A DNA stretch of 64,000 nt from Eledone cirrhosa (lineage: Eukaryota): NCBI GenBank assembly GCA_964016885.1, contig OZ024753.1:35340001-35404000 (forward strand), given 5' to 3'. A model generated the notes under the pieces. The model had not been told where the DNA came from. It did not search any database and worked only from the letters and a program-made list of their open reading frames with translations. Numbering within the stretch: position 1 is the first letter of the stretch; each line of letters starts with the position of its first letter. The translations under genes were made by a program, and so were the position numbers. Below are positions 41,151 to 53,750 of this stretch, one piece after another.

Positions 41151-41329
41151 TAAATAATCTGTCTCTCTACGCCAACGCCATCAGCTAATCTAAAATACTT
41201 CACACCCATTTCAAGCAAGTATTTATCTTACAAATTACGACCGCTTCACTCGGCCAAATGTCGTCTGCACAATTTAAAATGCACAGAAAGACATGAAAAG
41301 TGTATTTTCCTTCTGCGCAATTTACATCA

Positions 41330-41735
41330 TACACGCTCTGTCGAAAAAGTATCCGACTTTTTTTTTTTTTCTTTTGGCGTGAGAGGAGTTGTACTGTCTA
41401 CTCGTTACATTTTTACATTTTTATTCCAACAAGGCTCCTGGGTTCATGAATATCGCACGGAAGCATCCAACCTCTCCCCCCACCCCCACCAAATGCATGT
41501 AAGGTGCGGAGCAAAATCAAGGGGATCCTGATTGTTTTGTTTTTTTTCGTTCGATTACCATTCAGGAATATGCATTCCAGACATGTTTCAAACAATGTAA
41601 GGATCCCTGAGCTACATGCATGGATGCTTAAGGGGTCTACTTCAGAGGAGATTAGCAATTTAACCCCTCCAAGTACGTAGTCAACCTCCGCTCTCCACCA
41701 GCTAAGGTTGGATATTTTTTCAATAAACCTCGTAT
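41330..41735 (+). mobile_element. Mariner transposon relic
   Basis: FQTCFKQ..D...CMDA*GVYFRGD* resembles a mariner transposase C-terminus; degenerate TIRs with TA ends. Confidence 0.6.
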
Positions 41736-43039
41736 ATAATTCTGTCGCACCCAAATACTGACCTTTCGCCTTTATAACCACTGTTATCGCCCTTCCTTAT
41801 GTTAACATCAATGCTGTCTATTCGCTTTTTAACTTATATTTTGCTTATCGCAGACTAGTTTGTCTCTGTGTGTAAAGAGGTGACTAGATTGTCCTGCATG
41901 TACGAATGCATGTATGTGTGTATGTACGTATGCATATATTACGTATGCTATGCATGTATGTACGTATAAATATACAGATAGATAGATATAGAAAAACAGA
42001 AGCCGGTGACTAAACAACGAATATACATACATATATACATACTTACATACATATATATATATATATATACATATATATGTGTGTGTATTTATATATATAT
42101 ATATATAAATACACACACACATATATATGTATATATACACAGAGTGAGAGAACAAAGAGAGAGAGAGAGAGAGAGAGAAAGAAGAAAGAAAGAGAGACAG
42201 TGGCAAAGTCAGAAGCAGACGACATTAACCCCCCCCCCCCCAACCAATCTTTTCTGTCATAGTTTTAACTATATAGTAGTAGACATAACACAGTCGACAC
42301 ACCAACTCAGACACCTTTCTAATAAAAGGTTATACTAAACAAACTTTATATTAAAATAGAAAAAGTCGCTAAAACTGACTTCAACTCTCATAATTGTTTC
42401 TACCTTTGGTACTAGGTCAGCAATTGGAAGGGAAGGGGAAATTCGATTAAATCGACTCCTGTGCGTTACTTGTAGAGATAGAAGTAGAGTCCCATGTTGG
42501 TGACGAAGGATCATGGGATTTGTAACTTGAAAGTTCTCCTCCGAGGCACAATTATGGGCAAAGTATTTGTGGAAACCCAGCAGTCACCCATGCAAACCAG
42601 TCTACCCTCTCTCTACATCACTGATGTTGTCCAAGGGAAGGGCAATGGCCAATACAGCTTGACACGACGTCACAGCTTATACTATATACTCTCTCTAAAT
42701 TGACTATATACTCTATATTTACACTCTATACTCTATATATGTACACACTATATATGATGTTGTCCAAGGGAAAGGCAATGACCAATACAGCCTAGCAGCA
42801 GTGACGTCACAACTCATTTCTACAGCTGAGTAAACTGGGGTAACGTGAAATAAAGTGTCTTGTTCAAGGTCACAACATACCACCCAGTCCTGGAATCGAA
42901 CACACAACCTGACGATTGTAAGCCCAACGCTCTAACCACAAGGTTAACCAGGGCGGGATAAGTATACTCTTGCTGCTGTCTAGGGTTCGTATCGTTTTCC
43001 TGATCGAGATCAGTTTCCAGGGCCCACCATGAAGTCTAC

Positions 43040-43211
43040 AAACTCGGGCCCGCTTGGCAGGTTGATCAGAGGGTGCTGGGCATAGCCACCCTTCATGACA
43101 TGCCCACCCTTGATCTACAGTGCTGCAGAGTACATCTACATTGTATAGTGCAGGAGGTCTCATACCAAAAAGTTAGATACAGCCCTGAACAACACCTTAA
43201 GGCTCATCACC
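43040..43211 (+). mobile_element. Ingi/Vingi-type LINE fragment
   Basis: LAG..GA....LIYSAAEY...*CRRSHTKKLDTALNNTLRLIT. Confidence 0.65.
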
Positions 43212-44783
43212 CTTCACTCACGCATTCACTCTTTCTTTTACTCATTCACTTTCACTCATACCTCTCTCGCTCCCTCACTCCCCCTCACTCATTGACACAG
43301 GTCAATCTCCGCTGATTTGCAATATAACACTATATATTTCCTGTTAGAGACGTTGCTACAACATTGTTACCTTAGATTTATTCAGACTACCACCCGGGGT
43401 GTTTGATATATTGTTAGGTCATTCATTCTTTGATAGAGAAAGAAATATGAAGATCTTCATTTCAGCCGAAATATTCATAAACTGAAACTATTTTTTCCAT
43501 ACGAAATGTTGAGAGAGCGAGAGAGAGAGACTGTGTGAAAGACAGATAGATATCATCATAGTAACTAACTACACAGCCAAGTGATGCTTTCCTGCCGATA
43601 CTCATACCAAAACAGAAGCGTATTTACTCTCACACATCCATATCCTAAACACAGTAACACACACACACACGCATACACACACACACACAAGCATACGATA
43701 ACAAACACACACACATACATACATACACACATACGCACACAAGCATACGATAACAAACACACACATACGCATACGATATCAAACACACACACACACCATG
43801 GCGAATACATACACAGAACTATACATTCTATTTTAGCCACACTCCCCTCCCACACAATTGCTCTCTTACCGTGCTCTTACATCTTATATCTACCCCCCTC
43901 TCCCATTGACCACTGTGGTAATATGGAACCCAAGTTCACTTCCGACAGATCCCATTTCACAGAATACCTGCTCCCCCCAGTTTCCTGTTAGTCTTAAATG
44001 ACCTATTTATCCGGTCACTTACAACTGGAGTAGCGTCGTAATTAGATTCAGGTTTTTAATTGGAGCTCTATTTCAAAATATCTCGAATTTCGGTATTAAT
44101 TTCTCGTGACAAGAATCCAAAAATCCCTTCGATAAAGGAAGAAGACATTTTATGCTATGTCATTCTTGCGTTCACCGAAACCATTAATGTTGTACGTGAA
44201 ATAAAACACCTTTAGCTGGACTAAAGCGAAATTGGTTGGGAGTTATATCTTGATTTTTTTCCCCATTATTCAGAAGTACTGCAGTGTATTGGTATTGGGT
44301 GGTGAAATAATAGATTTATTAGAGAGCAGGGCAAAATGTCTTGCAGGTATATTCCTGAAAGAATACATTTATTCCACTCGAGTTGCTCAGACAATCCTCT
44401 TTTACCGGCGCCATCAGAAATACAGCAAAAAGCAGTGGATATGAGCAACGACGCTATTCTTCACAAAATGTATGACGAAAATATATGATAAGTATAATTT
44501 TAAAGAAAAAAAACAAAACAAATTAAAAATAATTACACAGTCGATGTATTTCTAAAGCTGAATACGTTATCATGGGAACAGCAAGGGTTTGAAAGAAATG
44601 AAATGTAAAATACACCGAATTGAGTGGGGGAAATTACATGAAATTACCTCCACTGACATTTGTTATGTTGCCAATCTCAAAGACATTGTTATGTCATGAA
44701 ATAAAATGTGTTTTAGCAGTTGGAAATTAGGGGAAATATTAGACAGACGATATATAGATATATATATAGAGAGAGAGAACAGT

Positions 44784-44822
<39 letters not shown>

Positions 44823-44893
44823 GAGAGAGAGACAGAGAACATGCTATATATATATATATATAGAACAGTCAATAAATACATAAATATATATAC

Positions 44894-44972
<79 letters not shown>

Positions 44973-45304
44973 GAATATAAAGTTATACATATATACATAT
45001 CTAAATAACAAGAACAAAAATGGCGACATTTTCGTTGGGTGTTAAAATGTAATATAACGACTAAACAACTATTACTAAATGTTTGTACATCCTGCCTGCA
45101 ACACCAATAGATTTGAGGGAAGTTCATATATACATACATATATATATACATATATATATACATATATAAATACATACATACATATATACATATATAAATA
45201 CATATATATATATATAAATACATATATATATATATATGTATATACATATATATATATCATCATCATCATCTTCGTTTAACGTCCATTTTCCATGCTACAA
45301 TGGG

Positions 45305-45392
<88 letters not shown>

Positions 45393-45706
45393 ATATATAT
45401 ACATATATATGCAATATTCAGTCTGACCTTTCTTCTTTTTGTCGATCACAACCAAATGAATACCGATATTTAGACCAACGACTGAGAGAGAGAGAGAGGG
45501 GGGAAGAGGGGGAGAGAAGGTGTGTGTGATTGTGTGTGTGTGTGTCTATGTATGTGTGTGAATCTGTGTCTGTGTGTTATGTGTGTGTGTGTGAAAGACA
45601 GAAATCAGGAAACCCTGGTTTAATAATATTTTTAAAATAATTTTTCTGAAGTTGAAATTCGATCTCATTGACACATATTCGAGGAACAATTACTTAACAC
45701 AACATA

Positions 45707-45752
<46 letters not shown>

Positions 45753-45755
<3 letters not shown>

Positions 45756-45869
45756 GGAACTAGTAAGACCCCGACGGCTGGGCTCAAGCCGTTTCGACGG
45801 CTAATTCTGTACTGGTTCCTCTTACTTGTTCCTATTACCCACTCTACTACCCTTACCACATTTCCTTCG

Positions 45870-45872
<3 letters not shown>
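45753..45872. mobile_element. PLE-like inverted insertion, family E (deleted)
   Basis: Homologous to 51288-51480; (TA)n on both sides. Confidence 0.75.
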
Positions 45873-45917
<45 letters not shown>

Positions 45918-46350
45918 ATGTAGCTTTGGCAAGGCATACTGACATATAAATCCTAACCTTATTTAAGAACTTCCAATTCCCAAACTCACATCGTAGCTGT
46001 TAGCTGTAATTTATTTATATGTATTTTTTATGTAGCATCAAATGTCGAATTAAATGCAATAATTCGGCGAATAAAAGAGAACATTATGCATGTATCTTTG
46101 AATAATCATCTCCCGATGTAGTCCTAGGGGGCGCCAGCCTGACATACGATGTGTTTTCGACACTCTCATAAGGTATTAATTGACTCGAGGCTAAAGTAGA
46201 AAATATTTGCCCAAGGTAGCAAGCAGTGGGACAGAACTCGAAAACAAGTAGTTGTAGTGAAACGAACCCCACAACCATGCCTGCATCTAATGTTTAACTT
46301 AAATGTCGTCTTCAATGCACCGAGTTTCTTCTAAGCAGTGTAACTGCAGA

Positions 46351-46435
46351 GGTCCGACGAGCTTTTGATTCCAGAGTCGGACCAGATCGATACAGATCGA
46401 ACCATGAGCTGATCAGTAGCGAAACGCGCGTCACC
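46351..46435 (+). ncRNA. Hammerhead ribozyme remnant with enlarged stem II (U4>C)
   Basis: GGU-CCGACGA-GCU...AGC-GAAA-C(GCGC)G-UC-ACC, followed by AATAAA and a tail into (TA)n at ~46707. Confidence 0.7.
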
Positions 46436-46487
46436 AACCAATAAACGTAATGAAGGAATAACCAATCTTCCTTGTATTATTATATTA

Positions 46488-46605
46488 CCCCGTAAGGATG
46501 AAAGGCAAGGTTAACTTTGCCTTTCATCCTTACGGGGTCGATAAAATAAAGTACCAGTAATGCACTGGGTAATTGCTGGCCTTGTGCCTAAAGTAAAAAC
46601 AATTA
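46488..46605 (+). mobile_element. 5'-inverted truncated S1 SINE
   Basis: 50-bp palindrome 46488-46537; TSD ATTATTATATTAC. Confidence 0.85.
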
Positions 46606-46704
46606 TTATATTACACTCTGTCTAGCTCTACACTTCGATACTGACTTGAACCTAAACATCGAGTGCTCACCCGAGTCCTACAGTAACTCCGCGTTACACT
46701 CCCT

Positions 46705-46745
<41 letters not shown>

Positions 46746-46752
<7 letters not shown>

Positions 46753-47084
46753 AAAAAGGGATGAAATCGAAAATGCAACTGAAGTCTTATTTTTTTAAAA
46801 AATATATATATTTATTTGGTTCCTTTACCGGTTTCGCAGTTCTTCTGCTTTTCAAAAGGTGAGTTGAGATTTCAAAAGGTGAGTCTGTGGTTTTTAGACC
46901 CTCCATCTCAACTCACCTTTTGAAAAGCAGAAGAACTGCGAAACCGGTAAAGGAACCAAATAAATATATATATTTTTTTAAAAAATAAGACTTCAGTTGC
47001 ATTTTCGATTTCATCCCTTTTTCTTTATACTTCCACTCGTGTAGGACACCTCGGTTATTTTTCATTTTGTAAAAAAAACCTCAC

Positions 47085-47090
<6 letters not shown>
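46746..47090. mobile_element. PLE-like head-to-head palindromic insertion, family D
   Basis: 125-bp arms 46746-46870 and 46905-47029, tail to 47090, (TA)n on both sides. Confidence 0.85.
46916..46953 (+). ncRNA. Minimal hammerhead ribozyme with U3-A8 variant core (mirror copy 46822-46859 on -)
   Basis: CCUU-UUGAAAA-GCAG(AAGAA)CUGC-GAAA-C(CG)G-UA-AAGG. Confidence 0.75.
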
Positions 47091-47138
<48 letters not shown>

Positions 47139-47559
47139 GTTAACACACATGGCATATTATTACCTAGCGTTACACATTACATAACACAGCACGTTGTTTA
47201 GCTGATACACTTGTCATCTCATGAGTGTGAGTGTAGAGTAATCTCTGATGGTCAGCCCAACAACGGAGCCAATATGCTGTGTACCTTCATACACACACAT
47301 TAATTTGACCTGATGAATAACTCATACATGACAAAGATATCATCTCTGCCTAGTCTAACAGATTCTTTTCATGTTTTCCTATGATTTATTTGTCTATGTT
47401 TATCCGCTCTGCTGATTTAACGTAGACGACACAAGAAGCTGTAGTATCCGACTGGTATGAAATTACCCCCTTTTTTCTTGGTCGGAGAAGAGGGCGATTT
47501 GGTAGAGTCGTTACGGATTTCAGATAAAAGTAAAATAAAAAAAAAGGGCCTCGATATTA

Positions 47560-48975
47560 ATTAGTGACTTAGTGACGTACAAATCTTGTTAATACCATTA
47601 GTTAGTGACTTAGTGACATACAAATCTTGTTAATACCATTAGTTAGTGACTTAGTGACGTACAAATCTTGTTAATACCATTAGTTAGTGACTTAGTGACA
47701 TACAAATCTTGTTAATACCATTAGTTAGTGACTTAGTGACGTACAAATCTTGTTAATACCATTAGTTAGTGACTTAGTGACATACAAATCTTGTTAATAC
47801 CATTAGTTAGTGACTTAGTGACGTACAAATCTTGTTAATACCATTAGTTAGTGACTTAGTGACATACAAATCTTGTTAATCCCATTAGTTAGTGACTTAG
47901 TGACATACAAATCTTGTTAATCCCATTAGTTAGTGACTTAGTGACGTACAAATCTTGTTAATCCCATTAGTTAGTGACTTAGTGACATACAAATCTTGTT
48001 AATACCATTAGTTAGTGACTTAGTGACGTACAAATCTTGTTAATACCATTAGTTAGTGACTTAGTGACGTACAAATCTTGTTAATACCATTAGTTAGTGA
48101 CTTAGTGACATACAAATCTTGTTAATCCCATTAGTTAGTGACTTAGTGACGTACAAATCTTGTTAATACCATTAGTTAGTGACTTAGTGACGTACAAATC
48201 TTGTTAATACCATTAGTTAGTGACTTAGTGACGTACAAATCTTGTTAATCCCATATAGTTAGTGACTTAGTGACGTACAAATCTTGTTAATCCCATATAG
48301 TTAGTGACTTAGTGACGTACAAATCTTGTTAATACCATTAGTTAGTGACTTAGTGACGTACACATCTTGTTAATACCATATAGTTAGTGACTTAGTGACG
48401 TACAAATCTTGTTAATCCCATATAGTTAGTGACTTAGTGACATACAAATCTTGTTAATACCATTAGTTAGTGACTTAGTGACGTACAAATCTTGTTAATA
48501 CCATTAGTTAGTGACTTAGTGACATACACATCTTGTTAATACCATATAGTTAGTGACTTAGTGACGTACAAATCTTGTTAATCCCATATAGTTAGTGACT
48601 TAGTGACATACAAATCTTGTTAATACCATTAGTTAGTGACTTAGTGACGTACAAATCTTGTTAATACCATTAGTTAGTGACTTAGTGACGTACAGATCTT
48701 GTTAATACCATTAGTTAGTGACTTAGTGACGTACAAATCTTGTTAATACCATTAGTTAGTGACTTAGTGACATACAAATCTTGTTAATACCATATAGTTA
48801 GTGACTTAGTGACGTACAAATCTTGTTAATCCCATATAGTTAGTGACTTAGTGACATACAAATCTTGTTAATACCATTAGTTAGTGACTTAGTGACATAT
48901 AGATCTTGTTAATACCATATAGTTAGTCACTTAGTGACATACAAATCTTGTTAATCCCATATAGTTAGTGACTTA
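47560..48975. repeat. 41/42-bp minisatellite, ~34 copies (TTAGTTAGTGACTTAGTGACRTACAAATCTTGTTAATMCCA)
   Basis: Direct; period measured as 41 bp. Confidence 0.95.
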
Positions 48976-50544
48976 CTGGTGCTTTATTTTATCGACCCCG
49001 TAAGGATGAAAGGCAAAGTGAACCTCAGTGAGATTTGAATTCAGAATGTAATGGGCCATAACTCTATGCTGCAAAGCATGACATCAGACCCTCTACCAAT
49101 ACTGCCAATCCACCGCCTTTTATTATTATAATTATTTTCTTAATTATTTCTATATAATGTCAATGACTTTTCATGACATTGAAAGATTTTGTATATTGAA
49201 TAAATAAGCTGTCAGTTCCAATCATGAAGTAAAGTAAAATAAACAAGAATAAATCAAAACAATTAAACATTTAATTATATGCTATATATCCATACCAAAT
49301 ATAATTGACTACTCAGTTGACTATTCTACCGTTGCCTGCCATTTAAGGAATTTTACCATTACATATATAATTCTGGTTTTTAAATGAAACTTTGTTTATT
49401 TACTGTCTTAACACAGTATAATTTATACATTTCATCCAAAGGTCATATTCAGGAGTTTAAATAACCAAATTACCATCTAGCATCAGTAGAGGTGGAATGG
49501 GTGGGGGTAGCCCCTGGCCCCTCGGTAATTATATATTTTCTCCCCAAACTACCAAAACACACATCTATTTGTATATGCGCTACAATTTATGTATATGTTA
49601 TGTTTATCACATATCGAAGATTTTTATATCTTCGTTGATATTTGATAATAACAGCTAAACTAATCACTACAACTAAATTGACTAAATTTGGCCACCCTGC
49701 TAATTCTGAAATGCTTCCACCATCCCTGAGCATAGATAAACCAATTTTAATCATGGAGGTTATGATAAAATATACCTTTCAGTTTCTAAGAGGTGCAGTA
49801 AATTTTTAGGATTTATTTTAGGAAAAAATAATGTCTTCAAAACTCAAAACTTAGTTTCTAAAACTCGCACCCTATAATAAGATACAAGCATGCGTGGGAA
49901 AGGAATTTCGTAAAATTCTTCTTCACCAAATATTTATTTCATAGTTATTATTTCAATACTGTTATATAAATATATTGGTTTCTGATTTAGACACAAGGCC
50001 AACAATTTTGGGCGAGGGGAAAGTCGATAAAATCGACCCTAGCGCATTACTGGTACTTTATTTTATCGACTCCGTAAGGATGAAAAGTAAAGCTAACCTC
50101 GGCAGGATTGGAACTCAGATCGTAAAGGGGCGTAACTCTATGGCATAAAGCATGTTGTCCGACGCTGTATATATATATATATATATGTCTTTATCGTGAA
50201 GTTAACATCGTTGAATTATTTCATGGTAATGTTTTATTTTATCTTCTTTTTCAAATGTTTTATAGTCATATCTTCAAACAAAAATTTTAGTTTATTACAT
50301 TCGAAATCTCTCTTGTTCTTAGTTTTGTTTTGTTTTTTCTTTTAACTGTTTCCTTTTCCAGACGACGCCATTTTCCTATCCCAACACCGCCATCGTTAAC
50401 TAAAGCTCTAACATCTTTTGTTTCCCAATGGAAATTCTTTATTGATAAGACTCAGAATCTCTCTTCCTTTTAGTTCCTAATTCTTTTTGGTGATATGTAA
50501 ACGCAGAGGTACACCCAAGCCACTCACACTGAAAAATATAGATA

Positions 50545-50636
<92 letters not shown>

Positions 50637-51212
50637 TATCTATCTCTCTCGGCTGCCATATATTTAATCAGAAAACTATCTTGTAAAAGCATTTCTCTGG
50701 GTGAAAAGAAAGGTAATATGTTATTGGATGTTTATACTCGTAATCGCCTGAATCTTATCTACAATCTCCTGGGGAAATAAATCTCTAGCAGAAAATATTA
50801 ACAGATGAATATTTAAAGAAATTACAGCGAGGATTAGTCAGTTTAGCCATTGAAAAAAAAAACTGTTAAATTCACTTTATATTTATAGTTTATATTTGGT
50901 GTCAAAACTTTCGACGTACTGTCTGCAACCTGGTCACAGACACCAAGAAATATATGATAAATATAAAATGTAGTGAACAGTTTTATACGCAAGAAGTATA
51001 TAAGCTATAGCTTATTCTAATGTCAGTTCCAAGAGAGTAAATGTCACTAATGATGGATTTTAAAAAATCCTGAAACATTAGTGTCTGGTATTGTTTCCCG
51101 GATACTGAGATGCTGTGACATATTTACAGCTTAAAACCCTGATAGATTGGTTTTTATGTTTATTATTCATAAAAATATCGTATATACCTTCAAAGACCCC
51201 CCCCCTCTCTCT

Positions 51213-51287
<75 letters not shown>

Positions 51288-51293
<6 letters not shown>

Positions 51294-51478
51294 AACAAGT
51301 AAGACCCCGACGGCTGAGCTCAAGCCGTTTCGACGGCGTAAAATCATGAATTAGCCGTCGAAACGGCTTGAACTCAGCCGTTGGGGTCTTACTTGTTCCT
51401 ATTACCCACTCTACTACCCTAAGTATTGAGTACTTTGGTGCGTTATGGTCCACCTGGTTCCTTACCACATTTCCTTCG

Positions 51479-51480
<2 letters not shown>
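51288..51480. mobile_element. PLE-like palindromic insertion, family E
   Basis: Arms ~51288-51338 and 51355-51402 plus tail; GAAACGGC..GCCGUY stem III. Confidence 0.8.
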
Positions 51481-51534
<54 letters not shown>

Positions 51535-51535
<1 letters not shown>

Positions 51536-51678
51536 TAGAAATTATAAGAACAGATTTAAGTTTAACCAAAGAACCGCTGCTTTCCCCCTTAACGTTTCAG
51601 AAGATCCCGTTAATGGTGAAAGCACCGATTCTTTACTTAAACTTTAATCTGTTCTTATAATACATATTTTCTCTACGG

Positions 51679-51685
<7 letters not shown>
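51535..51685. mobile_element. PLE-like inverted insertion, family B
   Basis: Imperfect arms around GAAGATCCCGTTAATGGTGAAAGC. Confidence 0.7.
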
Positions 51686-51704
<19 letters not shown>

Positions 51705-51713
<9 letters not shown>

Positions 51714-52009
51714 AACAAAAGATGGTTAAAGGAGTTCCATGTATTTTATTATGCGCATTTCAAAAACAAACATCATCATGCAATAATATTTGTGTTTTCA
51801 TCAGATAAAACCTCCTGTTTTATCTGATGAAAACACAAATGTTATTGCATGATGATATTTGTTTTTGAAATGCGCATAATAAAATACATGGAACTCCTTT
51901 AACCATCTTTTGTTCTTATATATTATGTATACTCCAGTCCTACAAACTGTAGAGTGCTTCTTATCCGATATCTGCATTGCTTTATTGTACTACAATAAAA
52001 CTCACCTCC

Positions 52010-52012
<3 letters not shown>
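51705..52012. mobile_element. PLE-like palindromic insertion, family A, with HHRs at 51817-51885 (+) and 51743-51811 (-)
   Basis: Arms 51705-51811 and 51817-51923, 5-nt loop, tail to CTCACCTCCTAC; both cores intact. Confidence 0.9.
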
Positions 52013-52072
<60 letters not shown>

Positions 52073-52329
52073 CATACATACTCTTCCAACGTTTTCTATT
52101 CGCTCAATTCCGTAAAACATTTACCTCCTTCTCTTCCTATATCGATGAATGTCCTTCACATTCATATGTCCCTACTTATCATACACAATTCTTTCACTTA
52201 TTTCCTTTGTTATATTTATCCTCTACCTTTCCCTCCTCTCACCTCTCTCCCCTCATATTCCCTTCCCTCTCTTTCCTCCTCTTCATCTTTTCTCCCTTTC
52301 ACTTCCTTTCACCTTATATTGTATTTCTA

Positions 52330-52410
52330 TTGGGTCGTCAAGTATGAAATTTGTAGTAAGGCATATGGTCATATGGTTTTTATCTACAAATTTCATACTT
52401 GACGACCCAA
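52330..52410. mobile_element. Small mariner-type MITE
   Basis: TA-TTGGGTCGTCAAGTATGAAATTTGTAG...CTACAAATTTCATACTTGACGACCCAA-TA. Confidence 0.7.
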
Positions 52411-52682
52411 TATTTTCCCCTTCACTTGTTCCTTAATGTAGGTGTGTGCTGACGAGCGGAGGTTAATTATAAATAAAGTCATTATCCGCTGTTTTATGAA
52501 TAGTTAGAAGCACGATATTGTTTCCATGTCTCAGTACTTTTGTAACCCTTCCTTTGTCATTATACAGCTCCTTCCAGTTCATTTCACCACTTAGAAAAGA
52601 ACTACTGCCTCCAGCGGCAACAATTCTCGACTTTTAGAAGGCATTAAAGGTCAAAATTATTTGCTGCTACTTCTCGTCTTTT

Positions 52683-53222
52683 CTCACCAACCTCTCCTCG
52701 CCAACCTCTCCTCACCAGTTTCTCCTCGCCAACCTCTCCTCGCCAGTTTCTCCTCGCCAAACTCTCCTCGCCAACCTCTCCTCACCAGTTTCTCCTCGCC
52801 AACCTTTCCTCACCAGTTTCTCCTCGCCAAACTCTCCTCGCCAACCTTTCCTCACCAACCTCTCCTCGCCAGTTTCTCCTCGCCAAACTCTCCTCGCCAA
52901 CCTTTCCTCACCAACCTCTCCTCGCTAGTTTCTCCTCGCCAACCTCTCCTCACCAACCTTTCCTCGCCAACCTCTCTTCGCCAACCTCTCCTCGCCAACC
53001 TCTCCTCGCCAACCTCTCCTCGCCAACCTCTCCTCGCCAACCTCTCCTCACCAACCTTTCCTCGCCAACCTCTCCTCGCCAACCTCTCCTCACCAACCTC
53101 TCCTCGCCAACCTCTCCTCGCCAACCTCTCCTCGCCAACCTCTCCTCGCCAACCTTTCCTCGCCAACCTTTCCTCGCCAACCTTTCCTCGCCAACCTCTC
53201 CTCGCCAACCTCTCCTCACCAA
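52683..53222. repeat. 14-bp minisatellite (CCAACCTCTCCTCG)
   Basis: Direct reading of the sequence. Confidence 0.95.
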
Positions 53223-53351
53223 TACCTGAACTGTAGACAGCTGCAATGTATGTCAGTTGTATTGTACTAACGGAAGATAGGAACAAGTTGAGAAGACGAA
53301 GTATAAGTTACTGGACTGTTTAACTCTTCAACCTTTTCACGTTCATATATA

Positions 53352-53750
53352 GGAGGGTCGGCTGAAAGGTTCATAGGCTGTCCAAGATACTCTCATGGAA
53401 TGGCCAAATGAGGTTTATTTTTTCAACATAGTCCTTGGAAGGAAACAATGCAGTTAATAATAAGAGTTGAAATTAATTGTTTCTACTTTAGGCACAAGGC
53501 CAGCAATTACCCAGTGCATTACTGGTACTTTATTTTATCGACCCCGTAAGGATGAAAGGCAAAGTCAACCTCGGCGGGATTTGATCTTAGATCGTAAAGG
53601 GACGTAACTATGCTGGAAAGCATGGCGTCCGACCCTCTACCGATACTGCCAATCCACCGCCCTTAAGAGTTGAAATTAATGCATGCAAGATTGCACAGCT
53701 CTAGCATCACTCCTTCATAGACACCCGATGAACTTTTCCGCCGACCCTTG
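53352..53750. mobile_element. Mariner-type MITE with nested young S1 SINE (53476-53663, -)
   Basis: TIRs as at 36947; SINE TSD TAAGAGTTGAAATTAAT. Confidence 0.85.

Noticed and set aside
41232-41264. Possible 33-nt minus-strand micro-exon (TGCAG|...|GTAAG)
   Set aside because: Splice signals are plausible, but it is too short to support without RNA-seq.
47560-48975. CRISPR-like regular array (also 24207-24392 and 63241-64000)
   Set aside because: No unique spacers and no cas genes in a eukaryotic context; these are plain tandem repeats.
50896-50946. HHR-like fold on the minus strand (7-bp stem I, GAAA)
   Set aside because: The core reads CUGUGAC and the cleavage site UG, too degenerate to call.
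52447-52492. CTGACGA-GCGGA...TCCGC hairpin
   Set aside because: Not followed by GAAA or stem III, so not a hammerhead.
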